The notes: a model not told the origin generated them from the letters alone. DNA of 63,843 nucleotides, filler included, from Octopus bimaculoides (GCF_001194135.2; 7 parts of 5 records of this genome joined end to end with filler, not necessarily neighbours in it); one strand, 5' to 3'; shown: positions 12,669 to 25,512, counted from the whole stretch's first letter. Translations and numbers: made by a program.

Positions 12669-15610
12669 ATTGTTACTTCTACTGCTACCAACCACCACCA
12701 CTGCCACCAGTGTGTTACCCATCATATCACAAGTAACTTTGCAAGTATACTTTTGCCACGATAGATGATATCGAAAAAAATATGGATACCTTCAATAACT
12801 ATAATCTAGCTTTTACCAAATTTCTTGGTGCTTGTACAAGATGATGAAATGCTTACTAATTTTCAAAAGAAAAATATTCATTGCTGTAATTTCCTCCTCC
12901 TCCTTTTTCACTGTACATATGATACTTTCCCTCACCTTGTGTGTGTGTACGTGCGTGTGAGTGTGTAACGTTCCTTTACTCATTGCCTGCTAACAAGCCT
13001 AGAAAAAGCGTTCATCCTTTATCACTAATGCCAACTCTGTTTGTATGTGTCCTTCAATGTCTCTCTCCCTCTCTCCCTCCCTCTTCCTCTTTATATGATG
13101 TAAACGTGACTGGAGAAATTGACCAACATTTACATCAGCTATCGTTAAGTAGAGACTATTGTCCTTTGGGAATAGTATGGAACCGGCAGGGCATCGGACT
13201 AAATGTTTTATATTGTTTAAGTAGGGACCAGTCACACTGAAGACGCCCTTGCTCTTTTCCTCACGCAGTCAGTAAAATAAGTACCATCCAGATATAGTGG
13301 TCGATTAAACCGATTATATCCTTCGTGTGACTTTATTTGTACCTTAGCTATAAGCCCCTTTAAGAACAAGCCATTATTTCTGTTGTATTCCTCTCGGGAG
13401 ACTCGCAGAGAAAAGACAACGAGTTGTACAATTTAATTATTACATTTATTATTCAATTACATACAAAGAACGCACTCACCCAATGTTCGTTGTAAATAAA
13501 CAAGAATCATGTCCGCCATATATATCAATGACATTTTACTACCCCAGTCATTCAGAACAACAACAATGAAACAATGAACTCAGACGAACCACATTGACAC
13601 GCGAGACGTTAGACGAACAACACTTCCAACAGCCCATATAACAATTTCTATTAAGGTTCTGGAATACTATATTCCACAATCCTACCAATATGTGTCTTAC
13701 ACATTTTCCTTTCGATATATGTACTGTAATTGCAATGGAGGAACCCAAATTAGTCGTTGCAGGTGGTAAAACTTCTTTCTTAAAGTATGCGCTGCCGCGT
13801 GAAAAAAAAGTAGAAGAAAACTACACTAGAGAGCGTAGTCCTGGATATATTGTGTCCGAAAAAAACAGATGAGATGGCCTGCTTTATTAGAGCTAACCTG
13901 GTGCTGAACAACAACTGCCACTGGCCTCTTAGAGGACTATTCTGTGGAAGTATTTGTTAATGGATCTTATTCAGAATTCTCGACCATGAGTGTTTCAGTT
14001 CGATCAACTGAACGACCAAACTTATTGAACTAGTGTATTAGTGGCCGAGTATTCCATAGATATGTGCACCCTCAATGTAATTTTCAAGCGGAATCAACGT
14101 GACACTGTGCGACAATACTGGCGTTTTGAATTGCTGGTACAGACCATACGACGGGATTCTGTACAGTTTACAACTACTCAATTTCTCCTACAAAGAATGG
14201 GTCGAGCCGAGGCTATGGAAAATTACATTTATCCAGCGGAATCGAAATCGGTACTTCATGATCGCAAAGTGAACTTCTTAATCATTCAGTAATACGGCTT
14301 CCATAACAGTTATAACTCCACCTACAGGATTCGAACATCGCGTTTGCTGTCAGCCATGTAGCTGAGCTAACCACTACACCAAAGACTTATCACAAGGAAT
14401 ATCGATTTGTTAGTTTATTCAGTATGTAAGTACTTGCTCATTTAGAAATTGTTGGATTCTTAAACAACATTAACATACGACTAGATTCTTACCGTATATC
14501 AAGTTAAATTTAGAGACATAGCTATTCAATTATAAAAACAGCTGGAGTTCTTGTTTCAAATATCAAAAGCAGAAGCCTTCCCTCTCTGATTTCGTTACAA
14601 TAAAAAATTTAAGCCAACAACAATAACTAATACGACGATGAAACAATAATAACAACAATAAGAAGAGCTAAATTAGGCCGCTAAGAAATGCGAAGTTATT
14701 TGCCTTACATCTGAAACAAAATTATTCATATGATTAATTAAATGACAGCTCTTTGGCGGAGTGGATGGTTAGAACCGTATGGTTTGGTAGTTTCTTGTGT
14801 AACCAAGAAGAGACTCATTCATTTAATGCTTGTGATTTAATCAACACACAGCCAGTGTAGCGAATATCTGGGAACGTGTGTGCTGGGAGGGAATGGTTCT
14901 GTGTCTTGGTTGAGTCTTATTTGAGCACGGTGTTTCAGCACAGATTCTTGTGCACATCACCTATAGTTGAGAAGAAAACTTTGGATTGGCTGAGGTGTGA
15001 ATTTATCGCAACTGTTATTGCGTTCATTCATTTCCATTTGAGTCTGCAGTAACGGACTGGCTATAGAAATATATGTAGAGTCACGTGTTTGTAGATTCTG
15101 AAATAACACGAGCTCATTAGTGGACTCGGTCTTGACCTCATTATTAAGAAATAATGAAATAAATATTAATCTGGCAGGTTTATTCGGCAACACATGACAA
15201 ACAACTTTAAGTAGTTCAGAGAAAACACACACATTCTCCTCTTTTTCGCTTTCTCCCTCCCCCCTCTCTCTCTATCTATCTATCTATCTCTCTTCATAGA
15301 AAAATAAGTGTATTGCTGATTTGTCCATCAAAAGATTTAAACTGTCTTTGAAAGCTAAAGGAATACTTTATTCCCTGTTGCTTACATGGTGACTCTGTAT
15401 ACAGCTTTATGAACTGAGTGTCTCAACATTAAATACCTATTCTAAGGACACGGCCATCTACCAGCAGACAGACAGACATTTTAACAAGAAGGCCAACTGC
15501 AACTTTCAACTAAATGCAGAATTTCGTTTGTTGTTTGTAACTACTATTAACAATATCTGAACTAACGCTAAATAAACGCAGAAGTTATAGTCTAGTAATT
15601 TTTGCTTGTT

Positions 15611-15613
<3 letters not shown>

Positions 15614-15664
<51 letters not shown>
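15614..15664. repeat. (TG)n microsatellite
   Basis: Direct sequence. Confidence 0.95.
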
Positions 15665-15665
<1 letters not shown>

Positions 15666-16767
15666 CTTAACATTAATAATATATGTACTAACTATAACTA
15701 AATGTAAATCTTACAGTCTAATAGTTTTTATGTTCTCTGTAGCTAACAGTAGTTGTGTCTGTGCTAACTAATTGATCTTACAACTTACTCTTAGATATTT
15801 TGTTTGTCCTGAAAGGATAAACTGACATTCAATATATTTGCATAATTAGAACACTGGCTTGGAGTGACAATATTTTCCTTTCATTAGGCCTCGGGCATAT
15901 TTTCGCCTAGACAATTGAATTGACTCCAGTACAACACTGGTACTTATTTTACCAAATCCTTTCGCTTGGAAGACCAAGTCAACTCCAGCGAAACTTAAAA
16001 ATAGAATTCAGAACATTGAATATGAAAATAAGATACGACTTACCAGTTTCTTCTGCCAATTCTCAACTTTCCACACAATCAATGTATGTAATACTATTAA
16101 ACCTTGGGAGAAGCGTTATGCCGGTAATAAACATACGCATTGGTTCGGTCCTTTATTTATTTATAAACAGTATTTAGTTGTTTTTTTTTCTTTTTGTTAA
16201 ATCATTTCATTGCACTCTAGCAATCTCTTCAGTAACCCGTCTCTCCACTTCCATTTATTTTATTCCAAATACACATACGAAAAATGTATGTAATATTTTA
16301 TAGATTGTTCTATTGCTAAGAGATATTTTTTAAAGAAACAATAGTTTGTATTACTATTTACGTTCCGAGTTCAAATTTTATCAGAATGGACTTTGCCTTT
16401 CCTAGCTGGGCCGTTCCGACAGCATTATGCCCCCCCCCCCGCCACCCAGGAAAAATAAACAGAATGGGTCTTTTAGTAATTATTTATTGACAAACCACAA
16501 CATACAAGGATCAGAACTGAACCCCGAGATCCAGGAGTCCCTCCGGGCAACTGTTCTATATGTCCATACCTTAAGACGGCATTGTGTATTGGCAATACAC
16601 GGAGGAATCAATCAAGTACACATCGTTAATTCATAGATTTGTTTAATTAATGAGTAAAATGAAAGCCTAATCAAAACTAATCATTTTTGGATTTTGTTGA
16701 ACGTCAAATGCTTGAAATATTTTGATTAGATAAACGTTTTTAAGATATAGAATAGCTTTTACCTCTT

Positions 16768-16938
16768 TCAGTCATTGGACTGCGCTCACACTAAGGTACC
16801 CCTTTGATGGTTTAGTCGAACAAATCGATTCCACTACCTACTTTTAAGTCTGGTACTTAATTTATAGGTCTCTTTTACCGAAGTTTAGGGGACGGAAACA
16901 AACCAACACCAATTGTCAAGCGGTGGGACAAAAACAAA

Positions 16939-16993
<55 letters not shown>

Positions 16994-17207
16994 ATATATA
17001 TACACATACACACAGACACACATGCACACACACATATACACACGCATACTACGAGCTTCTTTAGATTCCGTCTACCTAATCCACTCACAGAGCTTTGTTC
17101 AGCCCGACGCTAGAGTAGAAGACACTTGCCCAAGGTGCCAGAACTATATCGTCGAGAAGCAAGCTTCTTACCAAACAACTGTGCCTTCTTACCACACAGC
17201 CATGGGA
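16768..17207 (-). mobile_element. tRNA-derived SINE family A, full length with internal (CT)n/(CA)n
   Basis: Head ...cttcttaccacacagcc, core gaagacacttgcccaaggtgcc, tail cagtcattggactgcg. Confidence 0.85.
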
Positions 17208-17498
17208 GATTACACTAACAATACCTTATTGATCTGAACCGAAACAACAAGCTAACTGCTTTTTATTTTGTAGTTAAAGGTAATTATAGACGGGGTGAAT
17301 GTCACAGTATACCAGAATTTATAGTAATGGTACTCCCAAGGAGCGTTGGTTTGATAAATAACATTAGATCATTGAATAAAACGCCTGGCAGTATTTCTCT
17401 CGACCATTTACATTTTAGATTCAAATTTCGTCGAAATCAAGTGTGTTTATATCTATTTGAGGTCGATAAAATAAAGTGTCAGTCAGTCAGTTGTTGGG

Positions 17499-17760
17499 GG
17501 CGAAAATGCATGGTCTAATGGTTGGGATGTTGTACCCACAATTTCAAGATCAGGGTTTTTATTTCCAGACCAGGCTGTGCATTGCATTTTTGAGCAACAC
17601 TCTTCATTTCACGTTGCTCCAGTCCACTCAGCTGCAAAAAAGTAACCCTCCAACGGACCGGCGTCCCATTCAGAGGGAATTTGTGATCTCGGTCACTTAT
17701 TAGCCATGGAAACCGAGTGGTCGGCCTTATGAGTCCTACGACTCGAGACAGTACTTTCTC
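17499..17760 (+). mobile_element. tRNA-derived SINE family C (older copy)
   Basis: Collinear with the adjacent copy: ttgagcaacact..catttcacgttgctccagtccactcagc, ggaccggcgtccc, ccatggaaacc. Confidence 0.75.
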
Positions 17761-17770
17761 TTAGTCAACT

Positions 17771-18030
17771 GGCGCGTGGCTTCGTGGTTAGGGTATTGGA
17801 CTTATGATCATAAGATTGTGGTTTCGATTCCTGGACTGGGGGACGCGTTGTGTTCTTGAGAAAAACACTTCATTTCACGTTGCTTCAGTCCATTCAGCGA
17901 GTAAAAATGAGTAATTTTGCGACGGACCGGCGTCCCGTCCAGGTAGGAAACTTATACGCCATGGAAACCAGGAAACCAGCCCCTATGAGTCAGCATGACT
18001 CAAGAAGGTAACTTTACCTTTAACTTTTAC
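17771..18030 (+). mobile_element. tRNA-derived SINE family C with 9-bp TSD cttagtcaa
   Basis: A-box tggcttcgtggtt, B-box gtttcgattcc. TSD at 17760-17768 and 18031-18039. Confidence 0.85.
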
Positions 18031-19459
18031 CTTAGTCAATTGTTGGGTTCGATATATTCAGTTGTACTACTTTCCCCAAATTTCTGACCTTGCGCCTAAT
18101 GTAAACAGCAATAAAGCGTCGGACAAAATACTTCGCGTGATTTAGTTACGTCCTTTTACATTCTGACTTCAAGCCAGGAAGATAGTCGATAAAGGACTGG
18201 TTGTCCGACATTTTACATTCTGGGCCGCGATTTTCATGGGGGTTTTGTAAAACCGCATTTCATTATACAAATACTTAAAATAGTTTACTAAGTGTTATTC
18301 AGTTTCTGTACACGGCGTGACGAGTGATGTAGAGAAGAGTTAAGCTCCCAATAGGTCAATACCGCTATGATGCTTCAATCCCTGTTGAAGCCATTTCATC
18401 TCACGCTGCTAGTTCTTTTAATATCATGCCATTTTATTTCTTTCTAACATCGCAACTGGTGAACAATAGCATCGTTCGTAACAGGTTTCCAACGGCTTGA
18501 TCAACAGACTCACTGCTTTTCTGAAAGCGAGAACGAGACGGGACTATCCGTAATTTGATGCTGAACAAATATCGTGACTTCATATGCAACACGGTGGATT
18601 TTCGGTTTTCTCGCCGATTTCTTCATTCTTCATCAACATACATCGGTGCAAGACATGCACGCACATCCGCCCATACGTATAGAAACATGTATACTCGTAC
18701 ATAGGTAATCGCTTGTGTGTGTATGTGTCGAGATTCTACATTGTTTTCGTCGAGAAAATTGCACTCACGAGAGATAAATCAATTTGAGGCTATTTCGGAG
18801 GTCATATTTTTACCTTGACGTGCAACATGATCGAAATTAGAGCTACGTGATTGCGAAACGAAATTCCTACTATTGACTTAGTAGACTGAGTCTTGGGAAT
18901 GTTACTTCCTAAAACGAAAAAAGAATAAAGGGAAAAAAAAAAGGGAAGCATAAAGTGATGTTCGTGATTTTACTAATTGCATTTGTGCTACAAAGTAAAT
19001 TTATCGTACCCATAATTCGTTGTCAATTGTCGCATCTCGGTCCCAGAGCGCCAAAAAGGTAATTGCAACGAATAGTGAGTACGCACGACAATTCCGTTCA
19101 CGTTCTGGATTTATTAAACCTCTTCAGTGACGATAGATTTTATTGTAATTATCGAAGTAAAGATGAAAGAATTACTAAGTATTTGTACAATATTGTGCCC
19201 GTGAAGGTGTAGGAAAGAAAAATTAGCGAATGAATTACTCTTAGACACCATCCGCACTAAATGAAAATAGTTAAGTTAGTGTTACCATATTCAGTGTAGG
19301 ATGCGAAAACAATCGAACTTTCTGTCTACTTCTTTATTACACATACATACATATATTCAAATACAAATACGCGTGTATGAATGTGTTATGCATGTGCGTG
19401 TGTATGTGAGTATATATGTACATATGTGTATATCTATCTATATATCTCCCCCTCCCTCC

Positions 19460-19549
<90 letters not shown>

Positions 19550-22160
19550 ATATGGATACTGGATGTCACCAACAGTAAACAACATGAAATACGAAAACAA
19601 ATGAGCGCAATACTCAAATAACGAGAGAAACAAATGGAAAACAGGGCAAGTAACATANNNNNNNNNNNNNNNNNNNNNNNNNNNNNNNNNNNNGAAAACA
19701 AACAGGAAGGGCTGCTAAGTTTAAACGAGGTTGTGGCGAACGCGTAAATGAAGCTTGGACAGGAGACAGACAAGAACACATCTTCCTTGTTCTAGCTACA
19801 ACGGAGAGAAAGAAACACAAGTTAGGAGAAGAAAGAAAGATAGCATGCATGCATACACACTCATATAATCACAAATACGAGTAAATATATGTAGATAGGA
19901 ATACTGTGTGTGTGTGTTTATCAGTCGATATAGTTATTTCTGTATGCGTGTGTACGAGATTGTGTAAGCTATGTGTTACTGCTGTTGTTGCTCTTGCGTT
20001 TCTTTTTTTTTTTTTTTTTCATCTAAATAAGCACACAGAATACCACCAGCATAACATGAAGCAGTGTTCATTTTGTCACTTTTTGTTCAATTCCATTTAT
20101 CATTCTTGAAATGATTTCCACGAGTTTATAATTCTTTGCTCGGTGGGGTTCATAACAAAGAAATGCTTGACACTTCTTTATTATAGCGGATATCATCAAT
20201 CTAAAGAAAGAACGTAAAAAAAGAGGAATAAATAAAACACAAAAAAGAGTAAAAGGTCAAATAAATAACTCTTAGATGGCACTGTTAACATAATGGCAAA
20301 CATTACTTGTGATGTGAAGAATTTGTGTCATTTTTGATAGATTTATTTACGTATGACATACTGTTTAACAACGTCAGTTGGTGTTAACATATTTAATACA
20401 CGGGCCATTAAAAAGCTAACTAGAAATAAACATGCGATGAGAAAATAAACAAAACGAAACGAAACAAAACAATTTTAGACAATGACTAATATTACTTTGT
20501 TGTTGTTTTTTTTCTTTTTTTCCCCGTGAGTTACAGGTGACATCTCTTCCTGGCATCTTTTATTCACGTGGTGCAATTGTCACTGAAGTAGGTTTTCTAC
20601 CTGCCGAAGTAAAAATAGATTATTAAGTCACTAAATAAATATATCTATTTAGTGTTCGTTGACACTGGGAAAGCGAATATATTTTTTGAGATGAAATAAT
20701 TATTCAAATATGCCACCCGCATGTAAAATCAACTGTTATGCTTAGTGTTGACTGGTGCATCTGAATTTAAATGGTGTCTTTAAAAATGCGTTGACCAATG
20801 ACTTCACACTGGCTATATTCCTTTGAATTATTATTCTATCACGAACAAATCTATGCAATACTCCTATGCTATTAACCATTTGCCTGTCCAAAGCATTTTC
20901 ATAAGTTTGCTCTAAATATCCATACTCGTTTTCAGGCTTTTAGTTTCCCCTTATTTCATGCGTTCTGAATAATAGAAAACTTACCTTTCATAAGTCCCAA
21001 ATTACTCTGGTGGTTGAAAAATTAGGATTGTTTATCATATATGATTCATGAACTCCAGGGAAATACGTCTCTTTTATCCTTTTGCTTGTCCTGTGCATCA
21101 CATGTGATACACAGAACCGGCGAAGAGTTAAAATGAACTATTTAGAAATCTGGTGGCATTTTTGTTCAAAAGCAAAAATGACCTATTTCGAGAGAGTGCG
21201 AAAAGATCGGATATTTCTAAAACGGTCTTTAAAGCCCTACTAACCCGGAGGTACAATTTATTCTTAAGGATCCACAAGCCATAAATAAAATAAGGTCTTC
21301 CAATTCATGAAGATTACAAAGAATTTAACAAAATCATTTAAGCATTCGTTATGTGTTTTTCTTACTCCTTTTTTTTCTCTTTCTTGTTTTTGTGTTTATT
21401 TTAGTTCTATTCTTTTGTATAAAGACTCATATCTTATACCTTCCTTAGTCTATTGTGGCTTACCAGGTTTACGCGGACATTTAGACTTATAAAATAAATA
21501 AATGAAGGTCGAGCACGGACTGGAGAGTTGAGAAAACTGTGGGTGACTAAATGAGAGGTGACTTGTTTCTATCATGACATTGGCAATGGCTTTTGTCCGT
21601 GATAAAGGTGATCGTGACACTCTTGATGACACAGACCTCCTAAGTGTTAGTAAGTTTTTTTTGTTCTTTAACCCCAGGTCAACACTGGTGCAAAAATCCT
21701 ATGGCACCCAAGGTGACCACCAACCGAATGACGAAGCACTGCCCAAAGATCAATCTTCCTAGTTATGCCTCATGTACTGAGAGAGATTTTCTTCGTATTA
21801 AGATTTTTTCCTTTTTATGCCATGTTTTATATTCAGCGTTCGCTTATCTGGTATATTCATTTTTAATTTGTGTAGTGACTGTGCCAGATATTGTTGTAGA
21901 TACCAGCTTCTACGTGGTCATTTGAACCATTAGAAATAACAAAAAAATCTCCCTCAGGTTCGCATCTACAGACTTGAAGAAGGGAAAGACATGTCAAATA
22001 ATGTTGGTCTAAGACACTCCTACAAAGGCGAAATAATCGCGATTAGAATGCTTTTGATCATCGGTCTGCACTCTCAGGGTTGGCTTGAAACTAAACAGCT
22101 ACAACAATTAGGTTATCATGTCCTAGTTAAAGGATGGATGCTTTAGATGCTTTCCACATA

Positions 22161-22376
22161 CGAGGGGTGCTGAAAAGTTCCTGGCTCTGGGCAAAAGAAA
22201 ATATAAGAGTATCAGTTTAATTATGATTTTATTTAACATATTGTCTTCTCAGATTCGCACACTTATTGCAGTGGTCCTCCAGTTTTCCTAAACCTTGTAA
22301 AAGAACTCGGAAGGTTGGTCCTCCAACCAGGTCTTTCGTGATATCCTCAAAGCCAAACTTTTCAGCACCCCCTTCG
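22161..22376. mobile_element. Mariner-derived MITE with TA TSD
   Basis: TIRs cgaggggtgctgaaaagtt / aacttttcagcacccccttcg flanked by TA on both sides. A second copy in inverse orientation is at 59502-59696. Confidence 0.9.
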
Positions 22377-23447
22377 TAAAGGAAGTGAAGGTTTTGTGTG
22401 AAGTATCTGTTGTGGAGTATAAAAGACACATCTATGCAGAAAATAGGAACGGACGAAGAGTTGCAGCACCTGGATTGTTACTGCTCAGTGGGGAAAACGC
22501 AAAGTGAGTTGTAAATCCCCGATTTAGAGCACGCTGAAAGGGCCTGGCCTAATAGGAAACTTTTTATAGAATGGATGAGAGACAGATGAAGCTCAAAGAT
22601 TGGTAGCTGATACCCAGAGTAACAATATTTCTTTTACTGAAGTTGCAAAATTCGAAATATTCAATGATGCGTTACATAAGAAAGTAAATGCATCTATCTT
22701 TGGAAGTTGTACAGATAGTGGTCATAAAAAGCACAAAGAAATGAAGCAAGTGACTATTTAGAACTGCTGCCATACTCTTTAAGATACTACAAGCGATGAC
22801 GATGACTCAGTAGTTGTGAGAGCTACAAATAAGTCAGCCTTTTGGGAATTCAACACATCATAGTGTATTTCCGGGGACTGTGATTGATGTTTCTCGAAAG
22901 AAAAGTATCAAATTATGAATGTGTACACTCATGTATGTATGTATGTATGTATTATGTATGTATGTATGTGTGCATGTATGTATGTATGTATGTATCAGTG
23001 TGTGTATGTATGTATATATGTATGTGTGTATGTATGTGTGTGCATTTGTATGTATGTATTTATGTATGNNNNNNNNNNNNNNNNNNNNNNNNNNNNNNNN
23101 NNNNNNNNNNNNTTAATTAATTAANNNNNNNNNNNNNNNNNNNNNNNNNNNNNNNNNNNNNNNNNNNNTATATACATACATGCACAAACACACATATATA
23201 TACATATGCACATACATACAGAAATCTAGATAGATAGAGTGACGTGTACATGCATGTTTCTATACGTATATGTGTATGTATGTCTGCATGTATACATGTG
23301 TATGAATATGAATATATGTACATGTATGGATATATGTTCATATAAAATGTATAGGTATATATGTATATATGTATGGCTGGGTATGTGTATGTGTGCCTGT
23401 ATGTATGTGTGTGTCCAAAGTATGTGTGCATATGTATATACATATAT

Positions 23448-23502
<55 letters not shown>

Positions 23503-24166
23503 NNNNNNNNNNNNNNNNNNNNNNNNNNNNNNNNNNNNNNNNNNNNNNNNNNNNNNNNNNNNNNNNNNNNNNNNNNNNNNNNNNNNNNNNNNNNNNNNNN
23601 NNNNNNNNNNNNNNNNNNNNNNNNNNNNNNNNNNNNNNNNNNNNNNNNNNNNNNNNNNNNNNNNNNNNNNNNNNNNNNNNNNNNNNNNNNNNNNNNNNNN
23701 NNNNNNNNNNNNNNNNNNNNNNNNNNNNNNNNNNNNNNNNNNNNNNNNNNNNNNNNNNNNNNNNNNNNNNNNNNNNNNNNNNNNNNNNNNNNNNNNNNNN
23801 NNNNNNNNNNNNNNNNNNNNNNNNNNNNNNNNNNNNNNNNNNNNNNNNNNNNNNNNNNNNNNNNNNNNNNNNNNNNNNNNNNNNNNNNNNNNNNNNNNNN
23901 NNNNNNNNNNNNNNNNNNNNNNNNNNNNNNNNNNNNNNNNNNNNNNNNNNNNNNNNNNNNNNNNNNNNNNNNNNNNNNNNNNNNNNNNNNNNNNNNNNNN
24001 NNNNNNNNNNNNNNNNNNNNNNNNNNTATATATATATATATATATGGGTGTCCTTTGTGTATATATACATGGTGTCTATTCTATTCACACATTTTCTTGC
24101 CTATCTATTAAGTTTTACTTCTTATACTGACCTGCTATTTGTCAATCTAGCTGGAATCTTTATACT

Positions 24167-24377
24167 GTTCTATATTTAAGAGATGAGAAATTATGTACAT
24201 TATTTACGTTACCTCCATTTGACGGATATTTGCCCTTATCTTGTTTGTTGTCAACACAACATTTCGGCTGATATACTCTTCAGCCTTCTTCAGGTGTCCT
24301 GTGGAAATTTCGAACCTGGGTTTTCATTCCTAAGATATTTTTTAATGTTATTTTTATTATTGTTGTTGTTGTCGTCG

Positions 24378-24441
<64 letters not shown>

Positions 24442-24478
24442 CATTATTATTATCATTATTATTATCATTGTTATTATG

Positions 24479-24513
<35 letters not shown>

Positions 24514-24584
24514 CATTATTATCATTATTATCATTATTATCATTATTATTATTATTATTATTATTATCATTGTTATTATTGTTG

Positions 24585-24668
<84 letters not shown>

Positions 24669-24853
24669 GGGTAACTGCCTGGAATCGAATTCGGAATCTT
24701 GGGATTAGTAGCTCGCGCTGTTGACCACTACGCCATATGGAGTGAATTTTAGGGCTTATAAATATCTAATGTTTTCCTATCCCTCCTTAATACTCGTTCC
24801 CATACGCTACTCGTATCTGCACTCGGTCTGCTTATGAGGTTATTATGTCCTAG
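24167..24853 (-). mobile_element. Penelope pseudo-LTR: ORF 3' end + tRNA-like head + (AAT)n + hammerhead-containing tail
   Basis: On minus: ORF end, then tggcgtagtggt (A box)...gaattcgattcc (B box) at 24668-24740, (AAT)n at ~24345-24667, and the tail with cctgaagaaggctg...cagccgaaa. Confidence 0.8.
24253..24298 (-). ncRNA. Minimal type-I hammerhead ribozyme
   Basis: RNA: GACAC-CUGAAGA-A-GGCUGA(AGAGUAUA)UCAGCC-GAAA-U-GUU-GUGUU. Core CUGANGA and GAAA intact, 6-bp stem II, 5-bp stem I GACAC/GUGUU, loopless stem III, GUU cleavage triplet. Confidence 0.75.
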
Positions 24854-25123
24854 GATATTATGTGCTGCTTCTCTTAGTTTTCCTATTTTCCAGTAGTGTT
24901 CTCTGTTTATTATTTTAACTTCATCCCACAGGGGGAGGTGGTTTCCGTTTTTCCATACATGATCAGTTATACCCGATCTATAAATATCTCCTCGTGTGGC
25001 AGCCTTGTGATGTTCCGCTACTCTTATTTTGAGGGGACGGTGTGTTTCGCCTTTGTATAACCTACCACAGCTGCAAGAGATGGAGTACACATAGTCTTTA
25101 GTCATATTTTCACATTCGAGCAC
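24749..25123 (-). CDS. Penelope-like GIY-YIG endonuclease C-terminal fragment (5'-truncated, no RT)
   Basis: YVYSISCSCGRLYKGETHRPLKIRVAEH...WDEVKIINREHYWKIGKLREAAH: GIY-YIG motif pair, conserved R..EH and late E. Confidence 0.85.
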   Translation of the reverse strand: MLECENMTKDYVYSISCSCGRLYKGETHRPLKIRVAEHHKAATRGDIYRSGITDHVWKNGNHLPLWDEVKIINREHYWKIGKLREAAHNILGHNNLISRPSADTSSVWERVLRRDRKTLDIYKP

Positions 25124-25129
25124 ATTATG

Positions 25130-25512
25130 CTAGGACACAACAACCTCCTAAGCAGACCGAGTGCAGATATGAGTAGCATATGGGAACCGGTATTAAGGAA
25201 GGATAGGAAAATATTAGATTTATAAGCCCTAAAATTCACTTTATAAGCCCTAAAATTCACTACTAACCTTAAGAGATGAGGAATTATGTACATTATTAAA
25301 TTATTTACATTTGACGGATATTTGTCCTCATGGGCATATAGCATAGTGGTTATGAGCGCGGGCTACTAACCCTAAGATTCCGAGTTCGATCCTGAATAAT
25401 AATAATAATAATGATAATAACATCGAAAAATACCTTTGGAATGAGAACTCAGGTTCGAAATTTTCCCAGGAACAAGATGAGGACAAATATCCATCAAATG
25501 TAAATAATGTAG
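25130..25512 (+). mobile_element. Inverted second pLTR copy (ORF end + tRNA head + short AAT + tail lacking the hammerhead)
   Basis: 25130-25239 is the reverse complement of 24742-24853. tRNA head tagcatagtggt...gagttcgatcc at ~25331-25392. A tail fragment in the opposite orientation is at ~25273-25330. Confidence 0.8.

Noticed and set aside
13099-13430. Possible solo LTR (TGTA...TACA)
   Set aside because: No target-site duplication, and TATA and polyA signals are not in a consistent order.
24183-24724. Poly-Ile/poly-Leu ORFs resembling membrane proteins
   Set aside because: Translations of the (ATT)n tract.
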